Positions 58,764-64,000 of a stretch of DNA of 64,000 nucleotides are shown in pieces. The position numbers and the translations under genes are program-made. How positions within the stretch are numbered: position 1 is the stretch's first letter; each line of letters begins with the position of its first letter. The notes under the pieces are model-generated. The model ran no database searches and was not told the DNA's origin. It saw only the letters and a program-made list of their open reading frames with translations. The DNA is from Polyangiaceae bacterium (GTDB lineage: Bacteria > Myxococcota_A > Polyangia > Polyangiales > Polyangiaceae). The stretch covers positions 384,001-448,000 of the forward strand of contig JBILLK010000004.1 in NCBI GenBank assembly GCA_044376115.1. The letters are read 5' to 3'.

Positions 58764-61292
58764 ATGCGGCTTTCCTTCGCGTTGGTAGCGACTTGGGGGT
58801 GTTTGCTCGGCGCCTCCTGCGACAGCGAGTCGAGCGGAACCGCCGGCAGTGGTAGCGGTGGCGGCGGCTCGCCGAGCTCGAGCTCGAGCACCGGCGCGAA
58901 CGGTGGATTCGGTGGCAGCGGTGGAGATGGCGGAAGCTGCACGTGCGCCGAACATGCATCCTGCGACGACGCCGGGGACTGCGTCTGCGATGCGGGCTTC
59001 GAAGGCGATGGCACGGTGTGCGTGAACGTCAACGAGTGCTTCACCCAAGCCGACGACTGCGCGCCTTCGGCGACCTGCATCGATACGGTGGGTAGCTTCG
59101 AGTGTGAGTGTCCCGAGGGCGCGACGGGCGACCCACTGGTGGCCTGCACCAGCAACTATGTTGCGGTTGCGGCCGGGCTCAACCACACCTGCGCCATCCG
59201 CTCGGACGGCGCGACCATGTGCTTTGGCAATGGGGGTAGCGGTAGGCTGGGCAACGGCCAGCAGGTCAATCAAGCGAGTCCGGTCCAGGCGGGTGCCGCG
59301 GACAATTGGGTCAAGGTTGCAGCAGGCAGCGCGCATTCTTGCGGCATCAAGGAGTCGTCGACCCTTTGGTGTTGGGGCAGTTCGAGCTTTGGGCAACTCG
59401 GCCTGGGCGCCGGCGTTAGCTCGACCATCCCGGCGTACTTGAGCCTGGAGGATGAATGGCTCGACGTCGCGACCGGAGACACCCACAGCTGTGCGATCCG
59501 AGCCTCCGGCGAGCTCTACTGCTTCGGGCGCAATAGCCAAGGTCAGCTCGGGGTCGGCACCACCACAGACTCGCCGACGCCCATCCCTGTGTCGCTCACC
59601 GAGAGCCCGACCACGCCGGACAATGACTGGGCGAGCGTCGCCGCTGGGCGTGAGACCACCTGCGCGCTCAAGACCAACGGCCGGCTCTACTGCTGGGGAC
59701 GCAACAGCGAGAAGCAGGTCGGCCCGATGAGCGCAGCCTCCCTCACGCTACCAACGCTGGTAGAGACCGCGACCGGGAGCGATGACACCGATTGGTCCTT
59801 CGTCGCCACCTCCAGCACTACCTGCGCCGGCAAGCTCGACGGAACGCTCTACTGCTTTGGGCGCAACCTCGATGGGGAGCTGGGAACCACGCCCGGCGCG
59901 AACAGCGGGACCGCAACCGTGGTCGACGCGGGGCAGAGCTTCACCTCCGTTGCCGTAGGCGGCGGGCACGTCTGCGCTGTCACGCCGGAGAACGACCTAC
60001 GCTGTTGGGGTCGCAACACGAGCGGCCAGGTCAACCCGGCCCTCGACGGCCAAGCGATCGGCCCTTCGACGATCGAGGGGGAATTCACCGCGGTCTCGGC
60101 CGGCACCGGTCACACCTGCGGAGTTTCTCCCGAGCAGCAGGTGCTGTGTTGGGGCACCCGCAATTTCGGCCAATTGGGCGATGGCAACTTCGGACATTCG
60201 CCCGAACCCGTCGAGGTCCCAGGCGGTAACACGTTCACGCAGCTGAGCGTCTTCAGCAATAGCGTGCTCGCGGTGCGCGCGGACGGCGCCATTCTGGGGG
60301 CCGGCCGCAATGAGAAGGGCCAGCTGGGGCTGAGCGACCTCAAGCCCCGCCAAGAGCTCAGCCAGCCCGTGAGCGCGACCTCGTTCGAGTACGTCGGCGC
60401 GGGCACCTCGCACGCCTGTGCCATCAGCGCGATGAAGCTCTTTTGCACCGGAGACAACACCAGCGGGCAACTCGGGCGCAGCGGCCCTGCGCAGCAGGTC
60501 TGGTCGGCCATCACCACCGCCGGTAAGCCCTGGGCCAGCGCAAACTTCGTCAGCGTTTCTGGCGGTGAATCGCACTCCTGCGCGGTCACGAGCACCGGCA
60601 AGTTGTACTGCTTTGGGCTCAACACCAGCGGGCAGCTCGGAAGCACCAATCCGCCAACGACGGGCGATCTCGTCGAGATACCCGCACCGACGACCCCTGC
60701 AACGACCTGGACGCACGTAAGCACCGGCACCTTCCACAGCTGCGGTCGCACCGCCGACTCCAAGCTCTTGTGCTGGGGTCGCAACGTCGAAGGCCAACTC
60801 GGGATTAACCTCACCAGCCCGAAGGAGCCGCCCACCTTGGTCGGCACCGGCTACTCAGGTGCAATCGGCACCGGCAACAACCACACCTGCGCCGTCAAGA
60901 ACGACGGCACGTTGTTCTGTTGGGGCGCCAACACCAACAGCCAGCTCGGTGACAACACCGCCACGGAGCGTTTGACGCCCACCGCGATCGGCGCCGGCAC
61001 CACCTGGCAAAGCGTCGTCGCCGGCAACTCCTTCACCTGCGCGCTCAACGATCAAGGCGAGGCCTACTGTTGGGGCACCAACAGCTCCGGGCAGCTGGGC
61101 GTTGGCGACCTCTCCGTACGCAAGCTACCGACAGCGCTTGGCGCTGGTAGCTTTAGCAGCCTCGAGGTCGGCGGTACGCAGGCGTGTGGGCTGCGCGCCG
61201 ATGGCAGCGTGCTCTGTTGGGGCTCGGCCGAGTTCGGTCAGAACGCACTTGGCACCGCATGGCCCGAACTGCCGACTGCGGTGGGGAATTGA
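58764..61292 (+). CDS. EGF-like + RCC1/BLIP-II repeat lipoprotein
   Basis: Lipobox GASC; cbEGF-like NVNEC...CIDTVGSFECEC; many HSCA...LYCWGxNxxGQLG repeats. Confidence 0.9.
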   Translation: MRLSFALVATWGCLLGASCDSESSGTAGSGSGGGGSPSSSSSTGANGGFGGSGGDGGSCTCAEHASCDDAGDCVCDAGFEGDGTVCVNVNECFTQADDCAPSATCIDTVGSFECECPEGATGDPLVACTSNYVAVAAGLNHTCAIRSDGATMCFGNGGSGRLGNGQQVNQASPVQAGAADNWVKVAAGSAHSCGIKESSTLWCWGSSSFGQLGLGAGVSSTIPAYLSLEDEWLDVATGDTHSCAIRASGELYCFGRNSQGQLGVGTTTDSPTPIPVSLTESPTTPDNDWASVAAGRETTCALKTNGRLYCWGRNSEKQVGPMSAASLTLPTLVETATGSDDTDWSFVATSSTTCAGKLDGTLYCFGRNLDGELGTTPGANSGTATVVDAGQSFTSVAVGGGHVCAVTPENDLRCWGRNTSGQVNPALDGQAIGPSTIEGEFTAVSAGTGHTCGVSPEQQVLCWGTRNFGQLGDGNFGHSPEPVEVPGGNTFTQLSVFSNSVLAVRADGAILGAGRNEKGQLGLSDLKPRQELSQPVSATSFEYVGAGTSHACAISAMKLFCTGDNTSGQLGRSGPAQQVWSAITTAGKPWASANFVSVSGGESHSCAVTSTGKLYCFGLNTSGQLGSTNPPTTGDLVEIPAPTTPATTWTHVSTGTFHSCGRTADSKLLCWGRNVEGQLGINLTSPKEPPTLVGTGYSGAIGTGNNHTCAVKNDGTLFCWGANTNSQLGDNTATERLTPTAIGAGTTWQSVVAGNSFTCALNDQGEAYCWGTNSSGQLGVGDLSVRKLPTALGAGSFSSLEVGGTQACGLRADGSVLCWGSAEFGQNALGTAWPELPTAVGN

Positions 61293-63823
61293 TGATGCGT
61301 AAGCACGTTCTAGCCATCTTCTTGCTCGCACCGTGGTTCGGCTGCGGAGACGACGCGAGTTCGAGCACGGGGGCCAGCGGCGGTAGCGGCGGGAACAGCG
61401 GCGGAGGCGGCGCTGCGGGCAGCTCTGGAACAGGGGGCGATCCGTTCGAAATCAACGAGTGCGAAACGGGCCAAGCGGAGTGCGCTGTGAACGCAACCTG
61501 CGTGGATACGCCAGGCTTCTATCAGTGCGTTTGCAACGACGGCTTCGAAGGTGACGGCGTCACCTGCAGCAACGTCGATGAGTGTCTCAACCTCACCGAT
61601 GACTGCGACGACAACGCGCTATGCACCGACAGCGAAGGCAGCTTTAGCTGCGCGTGCGCCGCTGGTTTCGTGGGCGACGGGCTCAGCTGCGAAGCGCGCT
61701 ACCTCCATGTTGCCACCGGCCAATCGCACGTCTGCGCGATCCGCGCCGACAACACGCTGCAGTGCTTCGGCCTCAACTCAAGCGGCCAGCTTGGCTTCGG
61801 CACGGACGATCCCATCTTTCTGCGGCCTGTGCAGGCCGGCAGCGCCGCAAACTACGCTTCGGTCAGCGCCGGCAACGCCTTCACCTGCGCGGTAACGCTA
61901 GAAGGCGCTGGCGTTTGCTTTGGCGCCAACACCAACGGCCAGTTGGGTGACGGCACCACCGCCAGCAAGACCAGCCCAGCCTTCATCTCGGAGACGGGGA
62001 GCTTCCTTCAGCTCGAGGCAGGCTCCTCGCACGCGTGCGGAATCCTGAGCGGCGGCGAGCTCAAGTGTTGGGGCAAGAACGATCGCGGCCAGCTCGGCCT
62101 CAATAGCCAAACCGACCAAACCACGCCTCAAACTGTGCAGCCCGGCCAAACCTGGAAGTCGGTCTCCGCCGGCGTGGATTTCAGCTGTGGCGTGCGAACC
62201 AACGGCTCGCTCTTCTGCTGGGGGCTCGGCACCAGCCGGCAGCTCGGTACGGGGCAGGCCGTCTCGAGCTTGGTGCCGCTGCAAGAGAGCACGCTGGCCA
62301 CCGATTGGCAGTCGGTCCAAGCCGGAGCCGCTTTCGCGTGCGGGCTCAAGACCGATGGCACGCGGCACTGTTGGGGCGTCAACAACCTGGGCCAGGGTGG
62401 CTCCGGCACCCTGACGACGTTGCTCACCCCTACCCTCGTCGGTAGCGAGACCGACTGGCAGACGCTCGCGCTCGGCGAGAACACCGGCTGCGGCATCCGC
62501 GCCGGAGGCGGGCTGAGCTGTTGGGGCGACGGCAGCCTCGGGCAGACCAGCGGCTCCGCCGAGCTGCACACAACTCCGGTCGACGTCGAAAGTGCGCGCA
62601 GCTTCACCGAGGTCGCCACCAGTCTTCGAACCAGCTGCGCCATCGACAATGAACAGCGCCTCTACTGCTGGGGCACCGCCAGTCGCGGGATCTCCGGCCA
62701 AGGCTACAACGCCGACCGCACTTCGCCCGACGCCGTAGCGCCTGCACAAAGTTACACATCGCTCGACGTCCAGCTCGAGCACAGCTGCGCCATTCGAGCC
62801 TCGGGGGAGCTCGAGTGTTGGGGGCGCAATGTGTTCGGCCAACTCGGTGACGCCACCGGCATCAGCCGCACCACGCCCACGCTTGTGGAAGGCAGTGACT
62901 GGACGCTGGTCCAAACAGGCCGGTCCCACAGCTGCGGCCTCCGCAAGCCGGGCGCGAGCGGCGAGGTTTGGTGCTGGGGCTCCGATTCGCTCGGTGAGCT
63001 CGGTAACGGCGCGGGTACTGCGTCGCTCGTACCAGTGGCCGTCTCCTTACCGAATGAAGACGTGATCTCGCTCGCTGTCGGGCTCAATCACGCCTGCGCC
63101 CTCACCGCCGACAAGGAACTTTACTGCTGGGGCCGCAATGATCTCGGCCAACTCGGTGACAACACCAACACCAACCGCACCTCCCCGGTGCGCGTCGATC
63201 CGACGGGCAGCGCCAACTTCGAGAGCGTCGTTAGCAACGGCCACTTCACGTGCGCCTTGCGCGGAGCCCAAGGCGCCCTTCATTGTTGGGGCTCCAACGC
63301 CTTGGGCCAGCTCGGCTTGGGTGACGCAACCCCGGATGAGACCGACGAACCAGCGCTGGTCGGCACCGGCTTCTCGCAGGTCGGCGTATCGAGCAACCAC
63401 ACCTGCGCCCTCAAGGCCGGCGAGCTCTACTGTTGGGGGCGCAATGCGAGCGGGGAGCTCGGCATCGGCGCAACCACCCCGGCCTCGATTGCGAGCCCCA
63501 CCAAAGTCGGCACCAAGACCGACTGGCAAACGGTGACGCTCGGGCAAGGCGCCTCCACCTTCGCGGTTGATACGAGTGGAGCCCTCTTCACCTTTGGCTC
63601 GAACGGAAATGGCCAGCTCGCGAACGGCACCACGTCCACCGTGACCTCGCCTCAGCAGGTGCTGCAAGGGCTCAGCTTCACGGAGCTCTCGTTGGGCGGC
63701 GAGCACGCCTGCGGCCTCGACGCCGGCGGTCAACTGAGCTGCTGGGGAAGCGCGGCCTACGCCCAATTGGGCTCGGGCGTTCCATTCTCAAGCGTGCCTC
63801 AACTCGTGGTGAACCCGCTCTAA
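61292..63823 (+). CDS. EGF-like + RCC1/BLIP-II repeat lipoprotein (paralog)
   Basis: TGATG overlap; WFGC lipobox; two cbEGF-like units; RCC1 repeats. Confidence 0.9.
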   Translation: MMRKHVLAIFLLAPWFGCGDDASSSTGASGGSGGNSGGGGAAGSSGTGGDPFEINECETGQAECAVNATCVDTPGFYQCVCNDGFEGDGVTCSNVDECLNLTDDCDDNALCTDSEGSFSCACAAGFVGDGLSCEARYLHVATGQSHVCAIRADNTLQCFGLNSSGQLGFGTDDPIFLRPVQAGSAANYASVSAGNAFTCAVTLEGAGVCFGANTNGQLGDGTTASKTSPAFISETGSFLQLEAGSSHACGILSGGELKCWGKNDRGQLGLNSQTDQTTPQTVQPGQTWKSVSAGVDFSCGVRTNGSLFCWGLGTSRQLGTGQAVSSLVPLQESTLATDWQSVQAGAAFACGLKTDGTRHCWGVNNLGQGGSGTLTTLLTPTLVGSETDWQTLALGENTGCGIRAGGGLSCWGDGSLGQTSGSAELHTTPVDVESARSFTEVATSLRTSCAIDNEQRLYCWGTASRGISGQGYNADRTSPDAVAPAQSYTSLDVQLEHSCAIRASGELECWGRNVFGQLGDATGISRTTPTLVEGSDWTLVQTGRSHSCGLRKPGASGEVWCWGSDSLGELGNGAGTASLVPVAVSLPNEDVISLAVGLNHACALTADKELYCWGRNDLGQLGDNTNTNRTSPVRVDPTGSANFESVVSNGHFTCALRGAQGALHCWGSNALGQLGLGDATPDETDEPALVGTGFSQVGVSSNHTCALKAGELYCWGRNASGELGIGATTPASIASPTKVGTKTDWQTVTLGQGASTFAVDTSGALFTFGSNGNGQLANGTTSTVTSPQQVLQGLSFTELSLGGEHACGLDAGGQLSCWGSAAYAQLGSGVPFSSVPQLVVNPL

Positions 63824-63861
63824 GTATTGCCTTTGAGCAGACCAGCGCGTCCCCTTCCCCG

Positions 63862-63999
63862 TTAGACTTCCGCGCCCAGCTGCTCGCGGAAGAAGGCGTT
63901 CACGGCCGGATCGTTGTAACGCTCGAAGTCGATGGCGAACGGGACGATCTGTGTCACACCGGCGTTGCGTTTGATCGTCAGCGCCATCGGCGTAACGTC
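63862..63999 (-). CDS. 3' end of a partial CDS, product unknown
   Basis: Open frame DVTPMALTIKRNAGVTQIVPFAIDFERYNDPAVNAFFREQLGAEV* with GC3 bias. Confidence 0.6.
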   Translation of the reverse strand, partial: DVTPMALTIKRNAGVTQIVPFAIDFERYNDPAVNAFFREQLGAEV

Positions 64000-64000
64000 G

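Noticed and set aside
1..64000. Mobile elements, prophage, tRNA or rRNA genes
   Set aside because: No transposase, integrase or phage motifs, and no cloverleaf or rRNA-like segments recognised in the short intergenic gaps

Overview
High-GC bacterial chromosome window (GC judged by eye). Gene content points to a myxobacterium, probably Polyangiales/Sorangiineae: Gly-rich lipoproteins, a MYXO-CTERM-like tail, a Ser/Thr kinase-PEGA cluster, an ECF-FecR/TPR module and a DUF1592/DUF1552 pair. About 51 CDSs are supported. They include housekeeping genes (rpsB, tsf, ileS, thiG, thiE-like, bioB, a pilT paralog) and many secreted Cys-rich or repeat proteins. No rRNA, tRNA, CRISPR array or mobile element was seen. 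Highlights: (1) a SelW/Rdx selenoprotein gene (CxxU, in-frame UGA plus SECIS-like hairpin) at 57943-58173 that the ORF track misses; (2) a CarH-like MerR/B12-domain regulator lacking both cobalamin His ligands, divergent from an ABC1 kinase-TspO operon with 9-bp tandem repeats between them; (3) a type-2 IleRS with a KESKS motif and an insertion of about 110 aa resembling a double-psi barrel; (4) recurrent -10 boxes 6-7 nt before start codons, suggesting leaderless mRNAs; (5) an S2 leader RNA and a Pho-box-like array; (6) three N-terminal frameshifts that look like homopolymer sequencing errors. All family calls come from manual motif recognition, not database searches.
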